Below, piece after piece: positions 13,679 to 28,511 of a stretch of DNA of 64,000 bases. Source of the stretch: the human T2T-CHM13v2.0 reference genome, Homo sapiens; the NCBI RefSeq assembly GCF_009914755.1, contig NC_060930.1. One strand, 5' to 3'. Both the position numbers and the translations under genes were made by a program. The notes under the pieces were generated by a model. That model searched no databases. It was given only the letters and a program-made list of their open reading frames with translations, and had not been told where the DNA came from. Positions within the stretch are counted from its first letter, which is position 1, and the number at the start of each line of letters is the position of its first letter.

Positions 13679-14297
13679 GTCTAGAGTCTCTCAAGTAACA
13701 GAGAGAAGAAATGAAAAGACTTGGCATGATGCTATGCAAACATTGCATATGTATAATGCATAAGTGTATAAATGTGGAAGAATTATCCAAGATTCAGAAC
13801 AGAGTGTTGATGGAAATGTAAATGGTATTGGTTACAACATTCATATGCTGCCATCAGTCAGATGTTATCCAAAGCATAGATGTCACCATCTGGTTTCTGC
13901 CTACAGGGGTGGCCAACCCCACTACAGCACTTGGCTCCTTTATCCTACCAAGGGAAGTATCACCTTTTTCCTTTTGCCTGAGGACAGTTCCCCTTTCCCA
14001 AACAATTATATTACATGGTTTAATTTTCTCATTTCATCTTCTGATATGGATTCCAGAGTATATTCACACCAGCCTTTGCTTTCACACAATACTTGGAGAC
14101 TCTTCATGTACCACTAATCTCTTAGGCTGGAGCATGCTTTTGATCCCCCTTATCAATGAGATCTTGGAGTCTCCTTGAGACTTGAAGAAATCAGAGAACA
14201 TGCCGACAGGCTACACCGGACTTTTTTCTGTTCTCATGTTTCAGCTAACATCACATTTATCTCTACCCATGATTGATCTCTCATTTTATCACATACA

Positions 14298-14887
14298 GTG
14301 GTAGGCAGAATTCTAAGATGCTCTCAACATTCCTGACCTCCTGGTATACATGCCCTGTATCATTCCCTCTCCTTGAGTGTGGGCAGAACCTGTGAATGGA
14401 ATGGGATAGATGCTCCCTTGATTAGGTAACATTATATGGCAAATGGTGGTGGAATAGTCACTCTTATGATTATGTTAAGTTATACAGGACTCCATCATAG
14501 GACTGGAGAGAGATTGGATGTCAGAGTGATTGATGTGCTCCTACTGGAAGAAGGCAAACATCCATATGTGAACTGCCTGTGGGGTTTCCAAGGAAAGGAA
14601 CGGCAGGCAGCCTCTATGAGCTTAAAGAAGATAACTGGGACTTTAGTCCTATAACCTCAAGGAACAGTATTCTGTGAACCATCTGAGAAGCTTGGAAGAG
14701 GACCCCAAACTCCAAATAAGAAGCTCAGTGTGTCTGACACCTTGACTGCAGGCTTGGGAGGTCCTGAGCAGAAGATCCAGTTCAACAGTGCCTGGACTCC
14801 TGATCCACAAAAACTGATAACAAATATTTATTGTTTTAAGATGCTAAGTTTGTAGTCATTTTTTATACAGCAACAGAAAACTAAACA
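14298..14887 (+). mobile_element. MLT1E/F-type MaLR solo LTR
   Basis: TGGTAGGCAGAATTCTAAGATG start; TTTTAAG..CTAAGTTTGTAG...CAGCAACAGAAAACTAA end. Confidence 0.85.
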
Positions 14888-16401
14888 CACACATAAACAG
14901 TTATAAGTGCTCACTGTATATGAGGCTTTTCATTAATAATCTATATTTTATAATAGAATTAGAATATAGATCTGTGAAGCTGAAGACACTCAATCCTTGC
15001 TAGATTTAAATCAGGAAAATCAGCTGAGAATCATTCCTTGATAGAACCTGGAAAACAAGACCCTATGAGAGACCCTGGGAATTACATTAAATTCACTGTG
15101 GTTCCCAGTGTCACTGAAGAGGTTTTCCTTTCATAGTCAGGTAGTCACCATACTGTTAAGCATTTGAACACATGGGCAACTTCCAGAATAGTTATGACAT
15201 TGATATACCAATCTCCAAAATTCCTAGAATACCATGTTTTCATGGTTGACCTTCAAATCAGTCAGTTCTTTGTAACATTGAGCCATAAAGATAGGGCAAA
15301 TACTTAATGTTTTACATATATTCAGAGATTGACCCTCAAAATACAGCCCAGAGAAACTCAAAAGAATTAACTCTATTTCTTCAAATTGTGTGACGCCACC
15401 AAGGCCAGATGACTTCAGCATTGGGAAGGCAATATCCAGCTGTCATCTTCTTGATCCTCATATGCTACTACTAGCATCTAGCATTTACTGAGCAGATAGT
15501 TTTATTGTCCAGTTTTTAAAGATAAGAAAATTGAGGTATTAGGAAAGTTAAGTTGGTTGCCTAGGGAAACACGAAGATATAGCCCAGATTCACTCCCAGG
15601 CAGGCAGATGCCAGTGTCTGCTCTCTTTACCACCAAAATATCCTGCTACATGTACAATTTCAATAAATATCTGGACTTACTGGAACAAAACAAATCAACA
15701 ACATTCTTATTTTCTTTCTTCAGTTTAGATTAAATAATTTAAATGTCTTCTTAAGAAGCTACAGTTTTTTGAGGCACAGAGGGATAGGAGGGTAGGTCCT
15801 ACCAGTTGAGTCACTCAGCCCTATAGTTGTGAAAATCCTTAATTTTAAGAAGCAGCAGTAAAGTCTCTACTTCTCAAGCTTGCCATTAGACGGTTTTAAA
15901 TAATTGACAGGCTCTGCTCAAGTTCTTCTGATTTCTCCATATCCTGGAAATGGTTAAAGGCATAAGCAGGAAGCCATTCCCTTTTGATGAGCTGCTATGA
16001 CATCATGCAGTAAGTTTACTGAAGAGAGATTCCTGATGAAAGATGCAAGAGAAACTAGATACATTAAGCAGTCATTTCTTTATATGAATCAATGGGACAC
16101 CTTTGCTTTCCTTTACTCTAAGTGACCTATATGCAGAAAATGAACTCACTTTTCCTATGTTTAGATCAAGTTTTCAAGTTACTTCCTGGCAAACAACCCT
16201 AACAAGATCATGTATGATAGTTAATTGGCCATAATCTCTGCCTTTTCTTTTTTTCTGGCTAAATAACCAGGTGGACCACACATTTGGGTCAGGGGAGTCA
16301 CATTAGGACTCTTTTAGTAGAGAGAATGCCAGATGTAGATACCACGCTTATTGTCTCAACAACATGACACTTAATAGCACTTCTACGCCACTTTAATCAA
16401 C

Positions 16402-17078
16402 TAGAGTCAATTCCACTGTAACACAACAACATATGTGATCCTAAACAGTCACTGCACTATACTAAACTGTGCAATAACAACCACAGGGCTCACAAGAAAA
16501 TGGGGTTAGTGATATAACACTTAAAATCTTCATCAGTGGCACATTCTTTAAAAGATAGGAATTTAATAAAAACAATAGCACAGTTACATCTATCTATCTT
16601 AAATGGTTAAAAATACACAAATATGGCACTTGATCTTAAAAAAAGGCCAAAAACTTGCTAGGGAGGTGGAATGGGAATGGTTGCCATTTGTGAGTTATGG
16701 TGAAGCGGTGGAAGAAGGAATAAAAACTGTGCTCTTTCTCAGCCCTTAAATCCTAGAATGAGCATGTTTTTATATAGGAAAGTTCACAAGTGTGAAAGGA
16801 TAGCAAACTGTAAATTTTCAAAATAATACATGGCAAACCAAGATAGCTGGTAGATGTTTGAGAGGTATGTGTTTGCATTTTGCATTTTGCATTTTGTGTA
16901 TCCCTACATGGCTTAGGTCAGCTAGTTGCAATTTAATGAATTCACCCATTGTTTTTTCTGGGTAAAACATGCGTAAGCAAACATGAAAGTTGTATTATGC
17001 CCAAATCGTTCCCTAATACGTCAATTTTTTGGAATAATGCTTACTTTCAAAACATGCATTATAACATAATTAACTGTA
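16402..17078. mobile_element. Old Tigger-family (Tigger13a-like) non-autonomous DNA transposon
   Basis: Degenerate TIRs (TAGAGTCAATTCCACTGTAAC / TTATAACATAATTAACTGTA) with TA ends; AACCACAGGGCT...ATGGGGTTAG internal motif. Confidence 0.55.
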
Positions 17079-17135
17079 TCATTAGCTCTCAAATGGCCTT
17101 AAAAATATTGTGAATTAATATATGCACTAATTCAG

Positions 17136-17449
17136 GGCCAGGTACAGTGGCTCATGCCTATAATCCCAGCACTTTGGGAGGCCGAGGTGGGAGGATTGCT
17201 TGATCACAGGAGTTTAAGACCAGCCTGAGCAACAAAGTGAGACCCCAGCTCTACAAAAAAATTAAAAGAATTTGTTGGGCATGGTGGCATGCACCTGTAT
17301 TCCCAGCTACCCAGGAGGCTGAGGCAGGAGAACCACTTGAGCCCAGGAGGTCAAGGTTGCAGAGAGCTGTGATCACGCCACTGCACTCCAGCCTGAGCGA
17401 CAGAGAAAGACTCTGTCTCAAATAATAATAATAATAATTATTATTATTA
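17136..17449 (+). mobile_element. Alu (J-type) with (AAT)n(TAT)n tail
   Basis: Full dimer with J diagnostics (GGAGGATTGCTTGA). Confidence 0.93.
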
Positions 17450-17599
17450 ATTAAAAACCTGTCCTCATGGAGCCTGCATTTTAGTGAAATTCCAATGTTA
17501 ACACTATTTAAGTCCAGTTTTCAAAACTGTGATCTATTTTAAATATTACTAACTAAAAATACACCTTATCTACAAATAAACTACCTAACACTTATTTCG

Positions 17600-17732
17600 T
17601 TTATTTTATTATATTAGAGATGGAGTCTCCTTGTGTTTCCCAGCCTGGTCTTAAACTCCCAGACTCAAGTAATCCTCCCATCTTGGCCTCCCAAAGTGCT
17701 GGGATTACAGGCGTGAGCCACTGTGCCCAGCC
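17600..17732 (-). mobile_element. FLAM / Alu left monomer
   Basis: Single ~130-nt monomer with T-rich tail. Confidence 0.88.
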
Positions 17733-17762
17733 ATTAAAACTCATTTAAAGTCAGTTGTTGCA

Positions 17763-18787
17763 AAGCCAAAATTGACAAGTGGGATCTAATTAAACTAAAG
17801 AACTTCTGCACAGCAAAACAAACTACCATCAGAGTGAACAGGCAACCTACAAAATGGGAGAAAATTTTTGCAATCTACTCATCTGACAAAGGGCTAATAC
17901 CCAGAATCTACAATGAACTCAAACAAATTTACAAGAAAAAAACAAACAACCTCATCAACAAGTGGGCGAAGGAGATGAACAGACACTTCTCAAAAGAAGA
18001 CATTTATGCAGCCAAAAAACACATGAAAAAATGCTCATCATCACTGGCTATCACATAAATGCAAATCAAAACCACAATGAGATACCATCTCACACCAGTT
18101 AGAATGGCAATCATTAAAAAGTCAGGAAACAACAGGTCCAGTGGAGAGGATGTGAAGAAATAGGAACACTTTTACACTGTTGGTGGGACTGTAAACTAGT
18201 TCAACCATTGTGGAAGTCAGTGTGGCGATTCCTCAGGGATCTAGAACTAGAAATACCATTTGACCCAGCCATCCCATTACTGGGTATATACCCAAAGGAT
18301 TATAAATCATGCTGCTATAAAGACACATGCACACATATGTTTATTGCGTCACTATTCACAATAGCAAAGACTTGGAACCAACCCAAATGTCCAACAATGA
18401 GAGACTGGATTAAGAAAATGTAGCACATATACACCATGGAATACTATGCAGCCATAAAAAAGGATGAGTTCATGTCCTTTGTAGGGACATGGATGAAGCT
18501 GGAAACCATCATTCTCAGCAAACTATTGCAAGGACAAAAAACCAAACACCGCATGTTCTCACTCATAGGTGGGAATTGAACAATGAGAACACGTGGACAC
18601 GGGAAGGGGAACATCACACACTGGGGCCTGTTGTGGGGTGGGGGGAGGGGGGAGGGATAGCATTAGGAGATATACGTAGTGCTAAATGACGAGTCAATGG
18701 GTGCAGCACACCAACATGGCACATGTATACATATGTAAAAAACCTGCACGTTGTGCACATGTACCCTAAAACTTAAAGTATAATAAA
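17763..18787 (+). mobile_element. 5'-truncated L1PA (about PA4-PA6) 3' end: ORF2 C-terminal remnant and 3' UTR
   Basis: ORF2 peptides [20 protein letters not shown] and WRFLRDLELEIPFDPAIPLLGIYPKDYK; G-rich 3' UTR; perfect 16-bp TSD AAAGTCAGTTGTTGCA (17747-17762 / 18788-18803). Confidence 0.96.
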
Positions 18788-19717
18788 AAAGTCAGTTGTT
18801 GCATACTAAATTTTAAAGAAATGCTACATTTTAAAACAGTCTAAAGTCTTAATGAGATTAGAATCATTATCTTAAATTTCCTTTCATATCTGACCAAGTA
18901 TTGATCAAGGATGCTCCACTAGTTGGTGGGTTTCCATGCATTACCAAGATTTAATATAAACTTGAAAATGAACTCAAACAACAGAAAATAAGCTGAGATT
19001 CCACAAAATAAATTCCAAACAGAATGTTTTAAAGTGCTTCTGTTTATCTCTTTTTCTCATGGAGGTTAAATTTTCTTTATAACATAGAGGAAAAGGTACT
19101 AGCTCTCCTTCATGCATTGTGACTTCCAGAACAATTATAATGTAACATGTGTTTGGAACTTGAATTCTAACACCACCCCTCCTGCATCTTGAATGGAGGA
19201 GTAAGTAATAATAACCAGCATCTGTTGAGTAGCAACCCTGTGTCAGAACCTGTGTGAACTACTACATGTATATTATTTCATAGCTCCAAAAATACTGGGG
19301 GCAGGAGGAAGGGGTAGTTATTTTCCTATTTTTCAAGCAAGAAAACCTCTTTAAGAAAGACTTGGCCGAGTTAGAATCCAAATATCCTCATATCTAACCT
19401 GCTTCTGTTTATACCATGCTACACTTTCATTTATAAATCAGTTACATTTTAATCATTTTGACAAGTACAGTGAATGAAGAAAACAGGAGAAATTAAAACA
19501 AGATAACAATCATTATGGAGAATAAAGATGAGACAGTGTGAGAATAATTGGTGTCTTTGAAGTAGAGAATTACAAAATTGGAAAGAAAAAGCATTCATAA
19601 TGGGAAAAAAAAAACCCTGAAATTAAGAACAACAGATTATTCCAATAGAAAGAACAGAAATAGAAGGAATGCACCAGGTTCCATGAAAAATTGATACAGA
19701 ACTTAACAAGGATATAG

Positions 19718-20085
<368 letters not shown>

Positions 20086-20221
20086 AGAAATTTTGAAACC
20101 AAACTTAGACTTCTCTACAGCTACATTAGATGCTAGCAGTGAATGGAGCGAAGGCTATATAATCCGGAGGTAAGGAAACTGGCTCAAAAATGGTACAGCC
20201 AGCCAAATGGTCATTCAAGTA

Positions 20222-20437
20222 CAGATGCTCCCCAATGTACAATGAACTCATGGTAAGCTGAAAATATCGTAAGTTGAAAACACACGTTTGACTTACAGTT
20301 TCTCAATTTATGACGATGATGTGTTTACTTGGGTGTAACCACACCGAAAGTTGAGCATACTGACTGTGTATTGTCTCTGCACCATTATAAAGCTGAAAAA
20401 TGGTTAAGTCAAACCATTGTGAGTCAGGGACTGTCTG
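20222..20437. mobile_element. MER46/Tigger4-derived MITE
   Basis: CAGATGCTCC...GAAAATATCGTAAGTTGAAAA...GTCAGGGACTGTCTG termini. Confidence 0.7.
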
Positions 20438-20633
20438 GAAAGAAAGATGGGCATTTCAAACATAAAAAGACACAGGAAATGAGCCCTTCTTGGAAACAAA
20501 CAGACACACTGACAAAATCTAGCCAATCAAAGGATGAATCAAAAGTTGATACTTGAGATGCCATGGTAAAAGAACCAGTGATTCATCGTGATTTCATTTA
20601 GTTATAAAACTAAGACTAAATTATATCTGAAAT

Positions 20634-21709
<1,076 letters not shown>

Positions 21710-21897
21710 TTAATGTATGTTTAAAAAATCTTGATCTCAAGATGTATTCAGAAACTTTTCTCTTAGTTTGGAAGACTTGTTTATCTCTAAGAATGAAGAA
21801 ATACTGATGTCAAGTTCAGCAATTCCTTCACTTTCACTACAGTTTCTTCTGTTAAAATATAATTTTTTTATTTTAAAAAGCATATATAGTATCATCC

Positions 21898-22645
<748 letters not shown>

Positions 22646-24309
22646 TGATTTTCACTTCATGTTAAAGATGAATATATCTTGATAGTGGGATACAAACTAT
22701 TTTTACCTTTTTAAAAACAGCTGCATTATTTGTATTCTTATAATGATTTTGGGAAACAATATGGTGATTTTATACCAATGTAAAAAAAATTTAAATATAA
22801 ACATTTAAAAAAATCCATGAACCCAACAACCAGAATTAACAACCATCAACACTGTCATATTTTCTTTAGATTGTTTCATAATAAAAAATATTCCACACAA
22901 AAAATTGAAGACTGCCATGGATTGTTCTCCAGGACCAGTCGCTGCCCATCCACTCCCTATATAGTACATAATTTATATTTCTCTATATTTAAATATTCAC
23001 TAATTAAAAAATACAATGTAAAATGAAACAGACAATGTAAAATGAAATCCTGGACTAGAAATAACTCAAAGTGTGGGGTTTTTTTTTCAGATTCACACTT
23101 AAATTTTTTTCTGATAATTTTGAACACATACAAAAATAGAGAAAATAGTATACAACAAATTCCCATATACCTGTTACCCAGATTCAACAATTATCAAGAT
23201 TTTGCCACACAGAATTTTGAAATTAAAAGCAAAAGCTGTTATCTACAGTTCAGCTGCAATTTGTTCAGCTAGGAAACAAACACCTTCCAAAGAAGACAGG
23301 AAGAACCAAGATCAGCTGTGCTCTTTCTCTGTGCAGGTACTAATTCCTAAAACAGATCCATTTAGGAGTCACAGCAACTCTGAAACCTACATACTATTGT
23401 CAGCATTGTTCAGAGTGGAAGATGAAGCTCAGAGGGATGGAGATTCTTCTGTAAGCTTAGCCAGTTGCTTGTCCTTCCAATACTACCCCACAACACCTTC
23501 CTTCATGATCCCATCCTAGCCAATTTCAGTGTGCCAGAGTCACTGGAGGTTATTATTCTGTTGAAGAACACAAAGTAAGAAAGTCTCGCTAAAAGTCTGT
23601 GTGAATCAATCCCTGGATTCTCTGGGTTGGAGGAGGACCCTGCATTTTTATAGGTAATTTCAGTCAGGAACTTTCGGTTATTTATTTAATTTAGAAAACA
23701 CCTGATGTAATTTTCCTTGTAAGACTTTTTCTTATAACTACTTAGATAAAAGGGAGAAACATTTTCTCTCTTCCTTTAAAACAATCGAATCGGTGATTCG
23801 ATATACTCTTCTATTAATTGGAGGGACATTCTCTCGAGGGAGCTCATAATCCCAACTGACCAATGACCATAATTACAAAATGTGATCTCAACTGCAGTTT
23901 ACAGACTTTCAGATCTATCATGGATATTTCCAAAGCAGTTTTGAAATTTCTTGCCTGCCATGTTGCTTATGTGTTATGCTCACATACTGTAGCAAATGCT
24001 TCATAACATTCTTAATTCTTCCTGGAGACTGTTTCAAAATAAGCAGGCATCAGTGCTCTAGTGTGTCAACCGTATTAGTCAGTCTTGTGGTGAAAAGTAT
24101 GGGACTTTTGTTTCCCATGACACATTTTTATTTAATAGCATAGAATGTAACCATTTAGAGGCAGAAGATGCACCATGATTCAGCTATTTTGAGGGACTGA
24201 TATGATTAAAGAAACTCAACTATCAAATATTTCCCATTTAAATGTATAAAATTTTGAGGACAGAGAATATCTTAGATTTCAATTAATATTTGTATCCCAA
24301 ACTCCTGAA

Positions 24310-24310
<1 letters not shown>

Positions 24311-24345
<35 letters not shown>
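24311..24345. repeat. (AC)n microsatellite
   Basis: About 17 perfect AC units. Confidence 0.95.
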
Positions 24346-24347
<2 letters not shown>

Positions 24348-25239
24348 TTTTTCAGGACAGAACCTCAGAGATATCTGGAATCTGGGATCAGCCAGAGCTC
24401 TTCATTTTGCAAATATGGAAACTGAGATCCAATTTTTTGTTTATATTTTCTGTCTCATGTAGTTCTTGTTTGGTTTTCTATTGTCACAAAGAACAATGCC
24501 AAGTTATTGTACTCTCACAAGAGGATATTTTCATGCAACAGTCCGTAGAATTAAAAACAAGAAGGAAAAAAAATAGCCACTAAACTTAGTATGAACAGGC
24601 AACAATAATTTTTTAAGGCTGCTATAAAACTCAATTGCAGTTTGTAGGCTTGCAAATTCAAAATATCTAACTACCGGAATTAGAGTGAAAAGTCAGGAAG
24701 CAACGAAGTTTAGTAAATCAAATTGCGTCCAAAAGTGGGCTTCTAATTCTACTTTTCCATTTATTATTTACAAACAGAATTTTTCACTTTCTGCAAATGT
24801 CTTCTGGCTAAATTTTTGGCACTGCCCCTCTTACTGTATTTTGGTTGTGCCTTTCATCTTTGCCTAAAATACAGACCCTCAAAACTATACCACTGTAACC
24901 GACATGGTGATAAGACAATTTAGGGGTTGGCAAATTTCTTTTTTGGCAGGGGGATCCCCAAATGGAGAAAACAGGTCCGCGCGACCTTTGATGAGGCAGC
25001 TTTTTTGTACCCCCAACTCTGTGAGAACAGTGTGAGAGCACTGACACCAGTCAGGCCCTTTGCTTACAGACCGGGGGCGGGAGTAGGGGGGAAGGAAACT
25101 CCCGGCGCTGGCATGACTTCCCCAGGACTGACAAGGGCCCCTAGGAACGGCTTTTCTCCCTTGCAAAACTGGCCTGTTTATTTCGGCTCCAGGGTGCCTG
25201 GGGCCAGAGTAGGACCTGCAGGAAAAGATCTGGGAGGAA

Positions 25240-25960
25240 TATTCGCCCAGAAGCCTCTAGGGCATACGACTCGCGTTCTTCAGGGGTCGGCGCGGATAGG
25301 AACCGCAGCAAAGGATCCCCTAGACCTCCGAGCTGTGAGCGGCGACACAGCCGGGACCCCAGACCCCGGACCCCAGGGCGCGGAGTTGACCGGAGCCGGG
25401 AAGGGAGCGGCGCGGGCAGCGCGGGGCAGCGAGACGCAAGCGCTCGCAGGGGTCGGCGGCCCAGCAGAAGCCGCGCCCGCTAAGTTGCCCGAAGCGGCCG
25501 CGAGGTGCGAGGGTGCGGACAGCACCGGAAGGCGGCGGACGCAGCGCCCCCGGGCTCACCTTCTTACCTTTCCTTCCCAGCCCTGCCCGGAGCTTCAGCC
25601 CGGCGCCCGCAGAAGTTTCCCGGCGGAGCGCGCTTGACCCGGGTGGCCCGCGCGGAAGCCCTCAGCGTCCGCCTCGTGAGTGCCTCGCCGCCCACCCTGC
25701 GGCGCCGGGCGCAGCGTGACCGCAGCGGGCTCCGGAGCGGCGCGGCGGCGCGGGCGGGGGCCGGGCACGGGCGCGCGCCCCGGGGCGCAGCCGGGTGGGC
25801 GGGCGCGGCGGCTGCGTCTGGGCCGGGGCCGGCGGTTCGGCCACCGGGGTGCGGGGCTGCGGAGAATCCTAGCGGCCGCTACGGACCGAAGTTTCCAAAG
25901 ATGCGGTTCCCCGAGTGTACACCGCTCCCGGTTGTAACATACACCTAGTATTCACAGTCA
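25240..25960. promoter_or_regulatory. CpG island / TATA-less POPDC3 promoter
   Basis: Very high GC and CpG density against CpG-depleted flanks; GGGCGG boxes at 25752 and 25797; GCGCGCGC tract. Confidence 0.92.
25568..25740 (-). other. POPDC3: POPDC3 non-coding exon 1 (TSS approximate)
   Basis: Consensus donor AAG|GTAAGA at 25568/25567 inside the CpG island, with a second donor 8 nt further on; no ATG in the exon. TSS inferred only from GC boxes at ~25750-25805. Confidence 0.7.
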
Positions 25961-26100
25961 CACTAGGCAGGAGCGATGGGCTGGCTGCTGAACCAAGGCA
26001 ACTGCACGCCTGCTCTCTCACCCCCGCTCCACACACACCGTAAACAAAATGAAGAGGTAAATCACCATAGTGGGGACGGGAATATTAGGGTGTATTGGAC

Positions 26101-26299
26101 AGAGAGAGAGAGAGAGAGAGAGAGAGGTAAATATAGTATTTTTTTTTTTTTTTTAGAGATGGTGTCTCGCTCTGTCACCCAGGCTGGAGTGCAGTGGTGA
26201 TCACGGCTCACTGCAATCTCGACCTCCTGGGCCCAGGCATCCTCCTGACTCAGCCTCCTAAAGCTTAGGATTGCAGATGTGAGCCACCGCACCCAACCA
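26101..26299 (-). mobile_element. (AG)n microsatellite followed by Alu monomer/fragment (26138-26299)
   Basis: About 13 AG units; T-tail and Alu right-arm sequence fused to an Alu 5' end. Confidence 0.8.
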
Positions 26300-26889
26300 A
26301 TAAATACGGACTGTTGCATGAAAAATAAAATATCTATATTCAAATCAATGAACATCTCTAAAAGCAAATGAGTAAAGGGCATAGACAATCATAAAAGGAA
26401 AAAATTTAAAAACACAAATGACAAAAAGCTCATATCAGTAATAACCAAATGCATACAATTTTAAAGCAATGATCAGGTGCATTTTTTCTTCCTTTGCAAT
26501 TAGCAAAGTTTTGTTTTGTTTTTGTGATGAAACAAATGTGAGGGTTGGTGACGACCAGTAAAACACGCCACTAATTTAAGAATGTCATCTCCTGTCTTCT
26601 AGTTCGCTTTCATTTTATATAACCATATTGATAACAGCGACTCCAGGAACAAGAATTTATTGAGCAATCAGTGTCTTTTTTGAGCCCCAGGGTAACCACA
26701 AAAACAGTGAATATAGATGGTAAAATTAACTCTCTTTAATTGATGCTGGAACTGAGGATCAAGAAATACACATATTCTTACACCCCAGAAATGGCTAGAA
26801 ACCAGTTGACTCCTAGGCCTTTGCTCTTTCTCTTCATTGCAGGGATTTACTCAAATGTTGGAAATCCAGTTTGAACTGGATGTAGTCCA

Positions 26890-26891
<2 letters not shown>

Positions 26892-26923
<32 letters not shown>

Positions 26924-26949
26924 ACACACACACACACACACACACACAC
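26892..26949. repeat. Compound (GT)15(AC)14 microsatellite, self-complementary
   Basis: Read directly; no spacer between the arms. Confidence 0.97.
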
Positions 26950-27094
26950 CTTTAAACTATGGCCAGGGAAGTGAGAAGCCCATGAACTTTGAGGTCAGAT
27001 GTACTCTGGATTTAGATTTTACTTGTTTAGTGTCCTACATTTTAAAAATTTAAGGATTATATTACTGTTATTTTTAATTTAAAAACTCAGAAGC

Positions 27095-27619
27095 TGTTAC
27101 TGTTGCCCTGGATTCTTATGATCTCCCATGATAGAGATTAACAGAGATCACCAAACATAGCAGCAAAGGAAAGTGTATTCAGCTTGTGCGCAAGGGAGTC
27201 AGCACCAAGAAAGGCAAAGGAACGGACTGCTCTGAGGATAGTGTGTGGGTCAGTTTTATAGGGTCTTTCTATAGGGGAGGGTTACATCAGGGCACCTATA
27301 GGAGGAGTTTTTCTAGTGCTTGCACAGTGGCCCAATATGCTTTTTCATACATCATATGTAGCATTAGCATTTTAAATCTCCACCCCAGGAGTAATTTTTA
27401 GCATTAAAGTGAGGAAGGGGTAAATGTAGGTTGGAGTTTAAGTCTAACTGTACAGGCGGGGATCTGGGGAAGTCCCTAGCCCTCTGAAATAGGAGCTTGC
27501 AGTTAACAGCTTCTTGGGTGTTTTGTTACCTATTGACTGAGAGTTAGATAAGCTAGAGCTTGAGTAAGGAGCTTTTATCCTTTTTCACCACACCATCTTA
27601 AAATAGCTTTCCTGTCTCA
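27095..27619 (-). mobile_element. ERV1 (MER4-group) solo LTR
   Basis: TG...CA ends, TSD AAGC/ATGC, ATTAGCATTTTAAATCTCCACCC motif typical of MER4-group LTRs, TTTTATAG TATA. Confidence 0.7.
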
Positions 27620-27637
27620 ATGCAACAAAGATATCCC

Positions 27638-28130
27638 TGTGTGACAGATTCTTCAGTGGCCCCAATAGTTTCTGATTCCCAGTACCTGTTCATGTTCATA
27701 CCTGTGTTAGATCCCCTCCTCCTAAGAGGGGTTGGGACCTGTGACTTGCTTCTGAAAATAAATATAACAAAGGTGATGGATATCACTCCCATGACCACAT
27801 TACATTATAAAAGACTGTCTCTTATGAACAGACTCTCTCTAGAGACTGTCCGGTCTGGCCTGATGAAGGCAGTGGCCATGCTTGGAAAGTCCACATGGTG
27901 AGGAACCATGGGCAGCCTCTAGGAGCTGAAAGGCAGCTTCCGGCCCATAGCCAGCCAGCAAGAAGTCCTACAAACTCCAGGAAATGAATTCTGTCAACAG
28001 CCTAAGTGAACTTGGAAGTAAATCTTTCCCCAGTCAATCATCCACATGAGAACACAAACCAATGACACCTTAATTGCAGTTTTGTGAAACCCTGAGCAGA
28101 GGATCTACTTAATCCATGCCTGGACTCCTA
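27638..28130 (+). mobile_element. MLT1E/F-type MaLR LTR (3' truncated)
   Basis: GGACCTGTGACTTGCTTCT, GCAGCCTCTAGGAGCTGA, GAAATGAATTCTG..AAC, CCTGAGCAGAGGA motifs. Confidence 0.8.
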
Positions 28131-28511
28131 AATGCACCCCCCGACCCAAATTTTGAGAGTATATACAGAGTGCGATCCCGCTTTGAAAATTTTGTGTTAA
28201 ATACTGCTGCCCTGCTGCATTCTGATTTTTCTCTTTCTTACTCCTTCACATGTATTTTCTTGCCTTGATCATGGCAGAGTTCTCTTTCTCTGTATCCCTC
28301 ATTTTTTGTTATTATACATTTTATTGTATAAGTAATACATGAATATAATTCAATATACTAAGATATATTGCTTGGCATTATACTGTATCTGCCAACTTTC
28401 TTTTCCAGACAACAAAATACCTTGAAGTTCATTTATCTTTTCACATATATAGTATATATAAAATTCTTCTTTTAAATGACTGTATACTATTATATTATTA
28501 GTATGTCTACC

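Noticed and set aside
23784-23802. Small CpG-containing hairpin ATCGAATC-GGT-GATTCGAT
   Set aside because: An 8-bp stem is expected by chance in 64 kb; no supporting context.
24927-25948. Long ORFs (236 aa, 147 aa) across the CpG island
   Set aside because: Ala/Gly/Arg/Pro-rich, open on both strands, non-ATG starts; expected from stop-codon depletion in GC-rich DNA.
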